A stretch of DNA of 64,000 bases from an uncultured Muribaculaceae bacterium (lineage in GTDB: Bacteria > Bacillota_I > Bacilli_A > RF39 > UBA660): assembly GCA_964425325.1 (NCBI GenBank), contig CAYRLX010000001.1, positions 10,791 through 74,790 on the forward strand. Direction: 5' to 3'. The position numbers were made by a program, and so were the translations under genes. The notes under the pieces are model-generated. The model worked only from the letters and a program-made list of their open reading frames with translations, was not told the origin of the DNA and did not search any database. Each line of letters starts with the position of its first letter. Position 1 is the first letter of the stretch. Positions 56,293 through 64,000 of this stretch are shown here, one piece after another.

Positions 56293-56530
56293 TAAATTAC
56301 TGATGGATAACTACTTATTAATATTAAAAAGTACAGTTGAAGTATATGTTCATGGAACACTAGAAAGTTCAAACAAAGATATAAGAAATTTATTAAAAGA
56401 ATGTTTAGATGAAACTATGAAGCATCAAGCAAGAACATATGACGAAATGACCAAATATGGATGGTATCAAACAAATAACGTTAAAAAATCAGAAATAAAA
56501 GAAACCTTAAATAAAATCCAAAATAATTAG
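56285..56530 (+). CDS. Coat F domain (spore coat protein F-like) protein
   Basis: LLMDNYLLILKSTVEVYVHGTLESSNKDIRNLLKECLDETMKHQARTYDEMTKYGWYQ matches the Coat_F pattern. Confidence 0.6.
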   Translation: MNDKLLMDNYLLILKSTVEVYVHGTLESSNKDIRNLLKECLDETMKHQARTYDEMTKYGWYQTNNVKKSEIKETLNKIQNN

Positions 56531-56555
56531 AGAAGCAAAAGCTTCTTTTTTTTTG
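56531..56555 (+). terminator. Rho-independent terminator
   Basis: AGAAGC AAAA GCTTCT followed by T9. Confidence 0.8.
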
Positions 56556-56562
56556 CGTCAAT

Positions 56563-56609
56563 TTGACAACAAACAAAAAAAGTATATAATAAAGTCTCCG
56601 TAAGGGGGA
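56563..56609 (+). promoter_or_regulatory. AATTTGACAA-family promoter plus anti-SD/SD leader hairpin
   Basis: TCAATTTGACAACA with TTGACA 56563-56568, 16-nt spacer, TATAAT 56585-56590. TCTCC (56595-56599) pairs with GGGGA (56605-56609). ATG at 56615. Confidence 0.6.
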
Positions 56610-56614
56610 AAATT

Positions 56615-56869
56615 ATGAAAAATAAGAAAAAAGTAGCAATAAAAATAAATAACAAAATAATTAATACCGACGGCATCAAACTAAGTGAAGAAGAAATAGA
56701 ATTACTAAAAAAAGTGTTTTTTAATGGTGAGGTATCCTTATGTAAAACATGTAAAGCTAAAGTGTGTTTTGCAAACAAAGAAGATTTAACAGGAGCCATT
56801 AAAGAAGGTATGAGCTCATCAATCGAAACAATCATCACAGATTGTCCTAACTATAGAAAAGGTTTATAA
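56615..56869 (+). CDS. small Cys-rich protein (84 aa), family with the 34037 and 56897 gene products
   Basis: SLCKTCKAKVCFANKEDLTGAIKEG....IITDCPNY. Confidence 0.6.
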   Translation: MKNKKKVAIKINNKIINTDGIKLSEEEIELLKKVFFNGEVSLCKTCKAKVCFANKEDLTGAIKEGMSSSIETIITDCPNYRKGL

Positions 56870-56896
56870 AAAATAGTAGCAAAATAAGGAGATAAT

Positions 56897-57214
56897 ATGG
56901 AAATAAAAATTAACGGAAAAATAAATATAGTATTTGGAACTGCAACATTTGAAGATTTAACGAAAATGATGAAAAAACCGCATCTTTGTTCAAGTTGTGG
57001 TATAGTAACTTGCATAGGCGGAAGAAATTTAAAAAATAAAGCAATAAAAAATGCCATCAAATCATATAACGGAGTATATGTATTAGATTGTGATGATTAT
57101 ATAAAAGAAGACAAAAAGAAAACAAATGTAAAAAAAGATGAACAAATATATTTCTCATCTCCACAAGAGTGTAGTGTTATACATCCATCAGTAAAACATA
57201 TATTATTAAGATAA
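56897..57214 (+). CDS. small Cys-rich protein (105 aa), family with the 34037 and 56615 gene products
   Basis: HLCSSCGIVTCIGGRNLKNKAIKNAIKS....YVLDCDDY. RBS AAGGAG. Confidence 0.6.
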   Translation: MEIKINGKINIVFGTATFEDLTKMMKKPHLCSSCGIVTCIGGRNLKNKAIKNAIKSYNGVYVLDCDDYIKEDKKKTNVKKDEQIYFSSPQECSVIHPSVKHILLR

Positions 57215-57277
57215 AGAGTTCTAAACTCTTTTTTCTTTTAAAAAAATATGATAAACTTTATGTAAGAAGGTGAGAAA

Positions 57278-58549
57278 ATGGAGAAGGTATTATACCCAGC
57301 AGACACATACATAGTAATAAACAAAACAATTTTAAATAATGAAGATAGACTAGTTCTAATAAAATTATATGAACCAGTCATCGGAGCAGTAGCAGTAAAT
57401 TTATACTTTACCTTATGGGCCAATCTAGATTCATTAAGTATAATATCTACAGAATTTACTCACCATAACCTAATGGCAACAATGAGACTAAAACTAGAAG
57501 ATATTCTAGAAGCAAGAGAAAAATTAGAAGGAATAGGACTTATCAAAACATATTTTAAAGAGGGAAGCATAAATAATTATGTGTATGAATTATACTCCCC
57601 CCTTAACCCGGATGAGTTTTTAAATAATCCAATTTTATCAGTATCACTAGAAAGTAATGTTGGAAAAAGAGAATATAACAAAATAACAAAATTTTTTAAA
57701 ATACCAAAAATAGACTTGAATACATACGAAGATATTACCTCAAAATTTACAGAAATATTTGACAGTATAAGCATATCTGAAATAGATGAATTAGAAAACA
57801 TAAGAAAAGTTAAAAATATTGACTTAGTAATAGATGAAAAAATAGATTTAAATAATATTCTATCAGTTATTCCAAATGAAATGATAAATCATAAAGCAAT
57901 AACAAATAAAACAAAATCTTTAATATATAAATTGTCATTTATATATAATTTGGATGAAGAAGAATTATCAGAACTAATAAGGAATTCAGTTAATGAAAAA
58001 CACAATATAGATGAAGAAAAATTAAGAGAAAATTGTAGAAATTATTACACATTTGAAAATAAAAATGCATCTCCTTCATTAATATATAAAAAACAACCAG
58101 AATATCTAAGAAAAACAGTAAGCGATACATCGAAAAAAACAAAGCAAATATATACATTTGAAACAACATCACCATACGAATTCCTCACTGGAAAAAATAA
58201 AGGAGTAAGACCAAGCAAAGCAGAATTAAGCTTAATAGAAACTCTTCTTATAGACTATAGCCTAAACCCAGGAGTAGTAAATGTTTTAATAGATTACGTA
58301 CTTAGAATAAACGACAATAAACTAACTAAAAACTTCGTAATCACGATTGCTAATCAATGGAAAAGAAGTAATATAAAAACAGTAGAAGAAGCTATGGAAC
58401 TATGCAAAAAAGAAAATAAAAGCAAAAAGAGCATAAAACCAAAGAAAAAAGAAGAAAAACCAAACTGGTATAACAAAGAATTAGAAGAAGATACAGCAAG
58501 TGAAGAAGAAATGAGAAAATTAGAAGAAAAATTAAAAAATTATAGGTGA
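57278..58549 (+). CDS. dnaB: replication initiation and membrane attachment protein (B. subtilis DnaB-type, DnaD-like domains)
   Basis: N-terminal winged-helix-like region (LVLIKLYEPVIGAVAVNLYFTLW), C-terminal DnaB_2 repeat (LSLIETLLIDYSLNPGVVNVLIDYVLRINDNKLTKNFVITIANQWKRSNIKTVEEAMEL). Followed by dnaI, as in Bacillus. Confidence 0.7.
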   Translation: MEKVLYPADTYIVINKTILNNEDRLVLIKLYEPVIGAVAVNLYFTLWANLDSLSIISTEFTHHNLMATMRLKLEDILEAREKLEGIGLIKTYFKEGSINNYVYELYSPLNPDEFLNNPILSVSLESNVGKREYNKITKFFKIPKIDLNTYEDITSKFTEIFDSISISEIDELENIRKVKNIDLVIDEKIDLNNILSVIPNEMINHKAITNKTKSLIYKLSFIYNLDEEELSELIRNSVNEKHNIDEEKLRENCRNYYTFENKNASPSLIYKKQPEYLRKTVSDTSKKTKQIYTFETTSPYEFLTGKNKGVRPSKAELSLIETLLIDYSLNPGVVNVLIDYVLRINDNKLTKNFVITIANQWKRSNIKTVEEAMELCKKENKSKKSIKPKKKEEKPNWYNKELEEDTASEEEMRKLEEKLKNYR

Positions 58550-58553
58550 GAAC

Positions 58554-59477
58554 ATGCAAAGAATAGATGAAAAATTAAAACCAAATAATAACTTAAACGA
58601 TAAATTAAATGAATCATATAACGAGTCATTAAAAGATGAAAAATTTAAAGAATTTGTAAGTAAAATCAAACTAAAAAAAGAAGAAATGATAAAATACACA
58701 TCACTCTTAGAAACGAGTAAAGAAGAATATTTTAATTGTAAAGAATGTAAAAATATTTTAGAATGTAAAAACAAATTAAAAGGATATGCATATCTCCCAA
58801 AGGTAAATAACAGTACATTAGAATTTACCTATAGGCCATGTAAATATAAGAAAAAATTAGATAAAGATAATAAATTTCACGAAAATACACTTTTATATAA
58901 CATACCAGATGAAATAAAAAACGCCAGTATTAAAAAAATATATAAAACCGATAAGAAAAGGTATGAAACAATTTCATGGATAGTAGATTTTATTCAAAAA
59001 TACAAAGAAGATATACACCAAAAAGGTCTTTATCTATGTGGAAACTTTGGCTCTGGCAAAACCTACTTAATAGCAGCCCTTTTTAACGAGTTAGCAAAAG
59101 AAAATATAAAAAGCGCTATAGTATTTTGGCCAGACTTTTTAAACGATTTAAAACAGACATTTTCTTCTCAAATCAAATCAGAATTTAAAACAAAATATAA
59201 TGCCATAAAAAAAGCCCCACTCTTGCTTATAGATGACATAGGAGCAGAAAGTGTAACCCCATGGTCTAGAGATGAAATATTGTGTCCAATACTTCAGTAT
59301 AGAATGGATGAAAAACTTCCGACATTTTTTACATCAAATCTAGATCTAAAAGCTTTAGAAACACATTTAGCTATAACAAGTAAAGGCGATGAAATAATAA
59401 AGGCCGGAAGAATAATATCAAGAATAAAGCAGCTTACAGAATATCAAGAGTTAATAAGTAAAAATCTAAGGAAGTGA
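58554..59477 (+). CDS. dnaI: primosomal helicase loader DnaI
   Basis: N-terminal Cys cluster (CKECKNILECKN...CKY), AAA+ Walker A GNFGSGKTY, Walker B LLLIDDIG. Confidence 0.85.
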   Translation: MQRIDEKLKPNNNLNDKLNESYNESLKDEKFKEFVSKIKLKKEEMIKYTSLLETSKEEYFNCKECKNILECKNKLKGYAYLPKVNNSTLEFTYRPCKYKKKLDKDNKFHENTLLYNIPDEIKNASIKKIYKTDKKRYETISWIVDFIQKYKEDIHQKGLYLCGNFGSGKTYLIAALFNELAKENIKSAIVFWPDFLNDLKQTFSSQIKSEFKTKYNAIKKAPLLLIDDIGAESVTPWSRDEILCPILQYRMDEKLPTFFTSNLDLKALETHLAITSKGDEIIKAGRIISRIKQLTEYQELISKNLRK

Positions 59478-59480
59478 AAT

Positions 59481-60083
59481 ATGATAGAAATCAATACCCA
59501 AAGCAGTATAAAAATAGATAACATTTATTTTGATCCATTCAAAATAGAAAAAGAAAATAAAGATGCGAAGATAATATTTATAACTCATCCTCATTATGAC
59601 CATTTTGATATGGAAAGCATTAAAAAAATAGAAAACAAAGATACCATATTTGTTATCCCAAATGATGAAGAAATAAAAAATAGTTTAAATGAAAGAAACA
59701 CATTAATAGTAAAGCCAAATAAAGAATATCTTTTAAATGATATAAAATTCGAAACAGTCCCAGCTTATAACATAGATAAACCATACCATAAAAAAGAATA
59801 TGGATGGGTAGGATACATAATAAATTTAGATAAAAAATACTATATAATGGGAGATACAGACAGTATTGAAGAAGCTACGAAAATAAAATGTGACCATCTA
59901 TTCGTTCCAATAGGAGGGACCTATACAATGGATTATAAAGAAGCAGCAAAACTAACAAATATAATTAATCCAAAAATAGTAACACCTATTCACTATGGCT
60001 CCATAGTAGGAACTAAGGAAGATGCCAAAAAATTCTCAGATTTAGTAAATTCTGATATAAATGTAGAAATATTATTGAAATAA
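59481..60083 (+). CDS. MBL-fold metallo-hydrolase
   Basis: IIFITHPHYDHFD (HxHxDH motif). 200 aa. Confidence 0.8.
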   Translation: MIEINTQSSIKIDNIYFDPFKIEKENKDAKIIFITHPHYDHFDMESIKKIENKDTIFVIPNDEEIKNSLNERNTLIVKPNKEYLLNDIKFETVPAYNIDKPYHKKEYGWVGYIINLDKKYYIMGDTDSIEEATKIKCDHLFVPIGGTYTMDYKEAAKLTNIINPKIVTPIHYGSIVGTKEDAKKFSDLVNSDINVEILLK

Positions 60084-60085
60084 TA

Positions 60086-60114
60086 TTCATAAATGAAGAA
60101 AAATATGATAAAAT
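60086..60114 (+). promoter_or_regulatory. promoter of the T-box/thrS unit
   Basis: TTCATA 60086-60091, 17-nt spacer, TGaTAAAAT (-10 at 60109-60114). Confidence 0.45.
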
Positions 60115-60120
60115 ATTGTA

Positions 60121-60321
60121 AAAGCAATGAAGAGGACAACATTATTAAAAAGTGTTTTAAAGAGAGTTTGACATTGGTGGAAGTCAAATAAATAACTTTA
60201 ATAATTACTACCTCAGAGCTGACTAATAGTCCGGCAGTTAACCGTTATCCAAATTAAGTAAAAAATAAGGATGGTACCGTGCACCAAAGCACTCCTTGCA
60301 TAATAGCGAGGAGTTTTTTTA
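60121..60321 (+). promoter_or_regulatory. T-box riboswitch leader (Thr specifier)
   Basis: - Stem I elements: AGAGAG at 60161 and a GGTGGAAG distal loop.
- Specifier region AAUUACUACCU with Thr codons ACU (60207-60209) and ACC (60210-60212).
- T-box sequence AAGGATGGTACCGTGC at 60268-60283.
- Terminator ACTCCTTGC/GCGAGGAGT (60291-60314) followed by T7. Confidence 0.85.
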
Positions 60322-60338
60322 ATTATAGGGGGAATAAA

Positions 60339-60731
60339 ATGACAAAAAAAGAAATAAGAAAAGCACCTTCCATTACTATGGCACACTTTTTAAAAAGATA
60401 TCTCGATATAACAAATGAAATTTTACTAACAAAATTAACAGAATTATCGCACTGCGAGATTAAAGAAGTAGCCAGAATATATGGAGTAGATCTATTAAAA
60501 ATATCATTTGACGACTTAACAAAAGATATGATTGCTAGAGGAGACATATTGCTTGTAGAAGATGCATATGGAAATAAAGCCCCATATATTAACCCGATGA
60601 GAATAATAGAAAATGAATATGAAACAACACTAGATGAAAGATACGTGTCACATGAATTATATGATTTAGAAGGAGAAGATAAAAATGATAAACATAAAGG
60701 AAAACAAAAAGTTAAATACATTAAACCATAG
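60339..60731 (+). CDS. hypothetical protein (130 aa) between the T-box and thrS
   Basis: RBS AGGGGGA lies 6 nt upstream of ATG 60339; the ORF-track start at 60279 lies inside the T-box terminator. Overlaps thrS by 47 nt in another frame. Confidence 0.5.
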   Translation: MTKKEIRKAPSITMAHFLKRYLDITNEILLTKLTELSHCEIKEVARIYGVDLLKISFDDLTKDMIARGDILLVEDAYGNKAPYINPMRIIENEYETTLDERYVSHELYDLEGEDKNDKHKGKQKVKYIKP

Positions 60732-62445
60732 CTGTGCGCATTTACTTGCTCAAGCAGTAATGCATTTATATAAAGATGCAAAACTTTGGGTAGGACCAGT
60801 AATAGATGATGGGTTCTATTATGACATAGACCTTAATGGACACACACTTACAGAAGAAGATATTGAAAAAATAGAAAAAGAAATGAAAAAAATAGCAAAA
60901 GATGGAAAAAGAATATATAGAGAAGAATTAACCAAAGAAGAAGCTTTAGAAAAATTTAAAGATAATCCGTATAAAATTGATATAATTAACGAAATACCAG
61001 AAGGAGAAATAATAAGCTGCTACACACAAGGAGACTTCACAGATCTATGTAGAGGTCCGCATGTAAGCTCAGTAAAAGAATGCAAACATTTTAAGTTATT
61101 AAAATTTAGTGGATCATACTACAAAGGAGATTCAAATGAAAAGCCGCTTCAAAGAATATATGGAGTATGCTTCAAGACCAAAGAAGAATTAGAAGAACAT
61201 CTTAAAGAGTTAGAAGAAGCAAAAGAAAGAGATCATAGAAAAATAGGAAAAGAACTTGGAATATTTATGCTATCAGACCTAGTAGGAAAAGGACTTCCAT
61301 TATGGCTTCCAAATGGATATACGCTTTGGAGAATAATTCAAAATTATATTACCGACAAAGAAGTAAAATATGGGTATAAACATGTCCATACCCCAGACTT
61401 AGGAAACGTGGAATTGTATAAAACATCAGGACATTTCGACCATTATAAAGAAGACATGTTCCCAGTTATGGAACTAGATAACGAACAGTATGTTTTAAGA
61501 CCTATGAATTGTCCACATCACATGGTAATATACGGTAATTCACTACACTCATATAAAGACTTACCAATCAGAATAGCAGAAATAGCTAACGATTTTAGAT
61601 ACGAAGCAGCAGGAGCAGTTAAAGGAATAGAAAGAGCTAGAAGTTTTACACAAAATGATTCACATATTTTCTGCACAAAAGATCAAATAAAAGAAGAATT
61701 TAAAGGAGTATTAGATTTAATAATAGAAGTATATAAAGACTTTGGAATTGACATTACAAAAAATAAATTTAGATTATCACTAAGAGATCCTGAAGATAAA
61801 AAAAATAAATACTTTAAAGATGACGATATGTGGAATACTGCAGAAAATGCCTTAAGAGAGGTATTAGATGAGATAAAAGTAAAATATTTTGAAGCAAAAG
61901 GAGAAGCCGCATTTTACGGGCCTAAATTAGATATACTAATAAAACCAGCAGTAGGTTCAGAAGTAGCAATACCTACAATACAATTAGACTTCCTACTTCC
62001 AAGGAAATTTGACTTAACATATATAAATGAAAAAGGAGAAAAAGAAACTCCAATAGTTATTCATAGAGCTGTACTAGGTTCATTAGATAGATTTATCGCA
62101 TTTCTATTAGAAGAAACAAAAGGAGCTCTTCCAACTTGGCTTGCCCCTAACCAAATAAATGTAATCCCAGTAAATAATGAATATCATTTAAAATATGCAA
62201 CTAAAGTATATGAAAGACTTAAAGCAGAGGGATATAGAGTAACATTAGATTCAAGAGATGAGAAGTTATCTTATAAAATGAGAGAAAGTCAAATTAAAAA
62301 GACACCATTTACTTTAATACTTGGAGATAAAGAGAAAGAATCAAATACAGTTAGCTATCGAAGATATTCAAGTAGTGCAACAGTTAATCTATCACTAAGG
62401 CAATATATAAAAGATGTAAGAGATGAAATTGAAAAGAAGTGTTAA
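60685..62445 (+). CDS. thrS: threonine--tRNA ligase, short form without the N-terminal TGS domain
   Basis: Starts directly at the editing/SAD region (HSCAHLLAQAVMHLY...VGPVIDDGFYYD). Class II motifs (FRYEAAGAVKGIERARSFTQNDSHIF, GEAAFYGPKLD) and an anticodon-binding C-terminus. An in-frame TAG at 60667 and AGGAG at 60671 fix the start at 60685. Confidence 0.93.
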   Translation: MINIKENKKLNTLNHSCAHLLAQAVMHLYKDAKLWVGPVIDDGFYYDIDLNGHTLTEEDIEKIEKEMKKIAKDGKRIYREELTKEEALEKFKDNPYKIDIINEIPEGEIISCYTQGDFTDLCRGPHVSSVKECKHFKLLKFSGSYYKGDSNEKPLQRIYGVCFKTKEELEEHLKELEEAKERDHRKIGKELGIFMLSDLVGKGLPLWLPNGYTLWRIIQNYITDKEVKYGYKHVHTPDLGNVELYKTSGHFDHYKEDMFPVMELDNEQYVLRPMNCPHHMVIYGNSLHSYKDLPIRIAEIANDFRYEAAGAVKGIERARSFTQNDSHIFCTKDQIKEEFKGVLDLIIEVYKDFGIDITKNKFRLSLRDPEDKKNKYFKDDDMWNTAENALREVLDEIKVKYFEAKGEAAFYGPKLDILIKPAVGSEVAIPTIQLDFLLPRKFDLTYINEKGEKETPIVIHRAVLGSLDRFIAFLLEETKGALPTWLAPNQINVIPVNNEYHLKYATKVYERLKAEGYRVTLDSRDEKLSYKMRESQIKKTPFTLILGDKEKESNTVSYRRYSSSATVNLSLRQYIKDVRDEIEKKC

Positions 62446-62447
62446 CT

Positions 62448-63383
62448 ATGAAATGTACATTATTATCAAAAGATCAAGTATGCATAAATCAGCTGGAAAT
62501 GTTTAGAAAATATGGAACAAATGCAGCGATAACAGATTTTTCACTCTTACTAGGAATTGAAGTATCATCAGATCATACAAGTGATACTTCATATTATCAA
62601 GATAAAGATTTTGTAGATACAAGAGCAGCAGATTACTGGACAAAAACCCAAGAAGAAGATAAAGTAATCGCAATATCATCATATAGTTTTGGATATTTTA
62701 GCCCTAAAAAAATGAATGATCTATATCTAGGAATTAGACCAGCAGTAAAATATTCAGATATAAAAAATCAAGTAGATGGCAAAAAAATATCAGACAAAGA
62801 AGTAACAGAAGTAGAATATGGTGAATATCCTCAAACAATATGCGATAAGAAGTTAGAAACTGAATTAGAAAAAATGTATAGAGAAAATACAATAACAAAA
62901 ACAGAAAAAAAATATACAGTTAATTCGAATGAATTTTTTTCACCAGAGCAAATAGATGAATATTGCTATAACGGGAATAAATATATTAGATTTATAGCTA
63001 ATAGGGATATTATAAGAACAAAACTATCAAATAAACAATACATAGAATTTGGAAAACCATATTGGATTAAAGTAGAGCCTATAACATGGATGATAGATGA
63101 AGAACAAGACCTAGCAGTTTCTAAAAAACTATTAATTACAGGTATACCATTTGATAATGATTATAAAGAAAACTTTGAGGAAACAGAAATATATAAATAT
63201 TTAAACACCTATTTTATTAATGAAATAATCGCAGAAAAAAAGATAAAAGAAAAAAACAAACTAGATGAAATAGAAGAAGAACTAAAATCTTTATCACTAC
63301 AAGAATTACAAGAACTTAGAAATATATTAGAAAAACAAATAAAAAAGGAAGTAAAAATAAAATGTAAAGGAGGAATAAGATGA
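62448..63383 (+). CDS. hypothetical protein (312 aa; ITDFSLLLG...GIRPAVKY pattern, DUF6273-like)
   Basis: Starts 2 nt after the thrS stop, and its stop overlaps the lysS start (ATGA). The motif pattern is recalled from a family common in gut Firmicutes; this is a low-certainty assignment. Confidence 0.5.
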   Translation: MKCTLLSKDQVCINQLEMFRKYGTNAAITDFSLLLGIEVSSDHTSDTSYYQDKDFVDTRAADYWTKTQEEDKVIAISSYSFGYFSPKKMNDLYLGIRPAVKYSDIKNQVDGKKISDKEVTEVEYGEYPQTICDKKLETELEKMYRENTITKTEKKYTVNSNEFFSPEQIDEYCYNGNKYIRFIANRDIIRTKLSNKQYIEFGKPYWIKVEPITWMIDEEQDLAVSKKLLITGIPFDNDYKENFEETEIYKYLNTYFINEIIAEKKIKEKNKLDEIEEELKSLSLQELQELRNILEKQIKKEVKIKCKGGIR

Positions 63384-64000
63384 GACAGTTTACAGAACAA
63401 GAACAAGTTAGAAGAAATAAAGTAAACGACTTGATAGAAAAAGGAGTAAAGCCATTTGGCTATAGATTTGACGTAACTTCAAATTCTAAAATAATCAAAG
63501 ATGAACACTTAAATGATACAAAAGAACAGTTAGAGGAAATTAAAGAAAATGTTATTATTGCCGGTAGAATAATGACAAAAAGAAGAAAAGGAAAAGCCGG
63601 ATTCTTCCATATACAAGATAAATATGGTCAGATACAAATTTATATTGCTATAAACGAAGTTGGAGAAGAAGCATACGACCTATTTAAAGCATCAGATATT
63701 GGCGATATAGTTGGAATTGAAGGGTTCATATTTAAAACAAATACAGGAGAATTATCAGTACATGCCAAAAAATATACACATCTAGTTAAAGCTTTAAAAC
63801 CACTTCCAGAAAAATATCATGGTCTAACAGACGTTGAAGAAAGATATAGAAGAAGATATGTAGATTTAATTATGAATGAAGAAGCTAGAAAAATAGCTTT
63901 CGCAAGACCTAGAATTATAAGAACAATTCAAAGATACCTAGATAACTTAGGATATACAGAAGTAGAAACACCTATTTTAAATCCAATATTAGGAGGCGCC
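63380..64000 (+). CDS. lysS: lysine--tRNA ligase (class II), 5' part; continues beyond the window
   Basis: RBS AAAGGAGGA. Translation MRQFTEQEQVRRNKVNDLIEKGVKPFGYRFDVT...IAGRIMTKRRKGKAGFFHIQD...RYRRRYVDLIMNEEARKIAFARPRIIRTIQRYLDNLGYTEVETPIL shows an OB-fold N-domain plus class II motif 1. Absent from the ORF track because there is no stop inside the window. Confidence 0.9.
   Translation, partial: MRQFTEQEQVRRNKVNDLIEKGVKPFGYRFDVTSNSKIIKDEHLNDTKEQLEEIKENVIIAGRIMTKRRKGKAGFFHIQDKYGQIQIYIAINEVGEEAYDLFKASDIGDIVGIEGFIFKTNTGELSVHAKKYTHLVKALKPLPEKYHGLTDVEERYRRRYVDLIMNEEARKIAFARPRIIRTIQRYLDNLGYTEVETPILNPILGGA

Noticed and set aside
60323-60781. 152-aa minus-strand ORF antisense to orf130/thrS, and the ORF-track start at 60279 for the plus-strand ORF.
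   Set aside because: The minus-strand ORF has no RBS and shows typical antisense composition. The 60279 start lies inside the T-box antiterminator/terminator, which cannot sensibly be coding.
1-64000. CRISPR arrays, retron/DGR-like elements, rRNA, tmRNA, RNase P and group I/II introns.
   Set aside because: Reading the intergenic regions revealed no regularly spaced direct repeats and no reverse-transcriptase or Cas-like ORFs. The only structured, GC-enriched non-coding segments are the two tRNAs, the two riboswitch copies and the T-box.

Overview
Very AT-rich, gene-dense chromosomal segment of a low-GC, spore-forming Firmicute (Bacillota). It uses the standard bacterial code: TGA acts as a stop (for example in the cysS/truB ATGA overlap) and Trp is TGG. 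Almost all genes are on the + strand.

Layout:
- About 2.0-35.4 kb, starting just after a back-to-back tRNA-Leu(TAG)/tRNA(CAT) pair, looks accessory. It holds roughly 40 mostly uncharacterised genes arranged in paralogue families: 2 tandem SxxK serine-hydrolase/beta-lactamase-like proteins, 3 GNATs, 4 HExxH zincin-like proteins, an S41 peptidase, a PP2C phosphatase, an HD hydrolase, Tat/lipobox lipoproteins and small Cys-rich proteins. I saw no integrase, transposase or phage structural gene.
- About 36-64 kb is core: cysS-truB, rpsO-pnp, ftsK/spoIIIE, spoIIAA-like STAS plus sigF-like sigma (no spoIIAB), a pilin-like gene, spoVAC-AD-AE, uvrA, mscS, a NodB deacetylase, a DD-carboxypeptidase, yidD plus a degenerate ZnuA-like lipoprotein, rnc, yebC, CotF-like genes, dnaB(Bsu-type)-dnaI, an MBL hydrolase, and a Thr T-box followed by orf-thrS-orf-lysS.

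Most interesting signals:
1. Two 215-bp identical copies of a promoter plus yybP-ykoY (Mn2+)-like riboswitch with a terminator. Each drives a paralogous small lipoprotein whose gene has conserved ends and a diverged core.
2. A recurring AATTTGACAAAAA..TATAAT promoter with an anti-SD/SD hairpin leader, present in 7 copies in front of unrelated hypothetical genes.
3. A tightly coupled 4-gene operon (26.6-30.5 kb) with RelE/Gp49-like, RpoA-CTD-like and helicase-associated (HA) domain signatures.
4. A spoIIA locus without the SpoIIAB kinase/anti-sigma gene, whose STAS protein carries Glu at the position of the phospho-Ser.
5. A family of three small 4-Cys proteins.
6. A Thr T-box unit that contains an extra ORF, a TGS-less thrS and apparently lysS.

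All calls come from reading the sequence and ORF translations by eye. No database search or covariance model was run.
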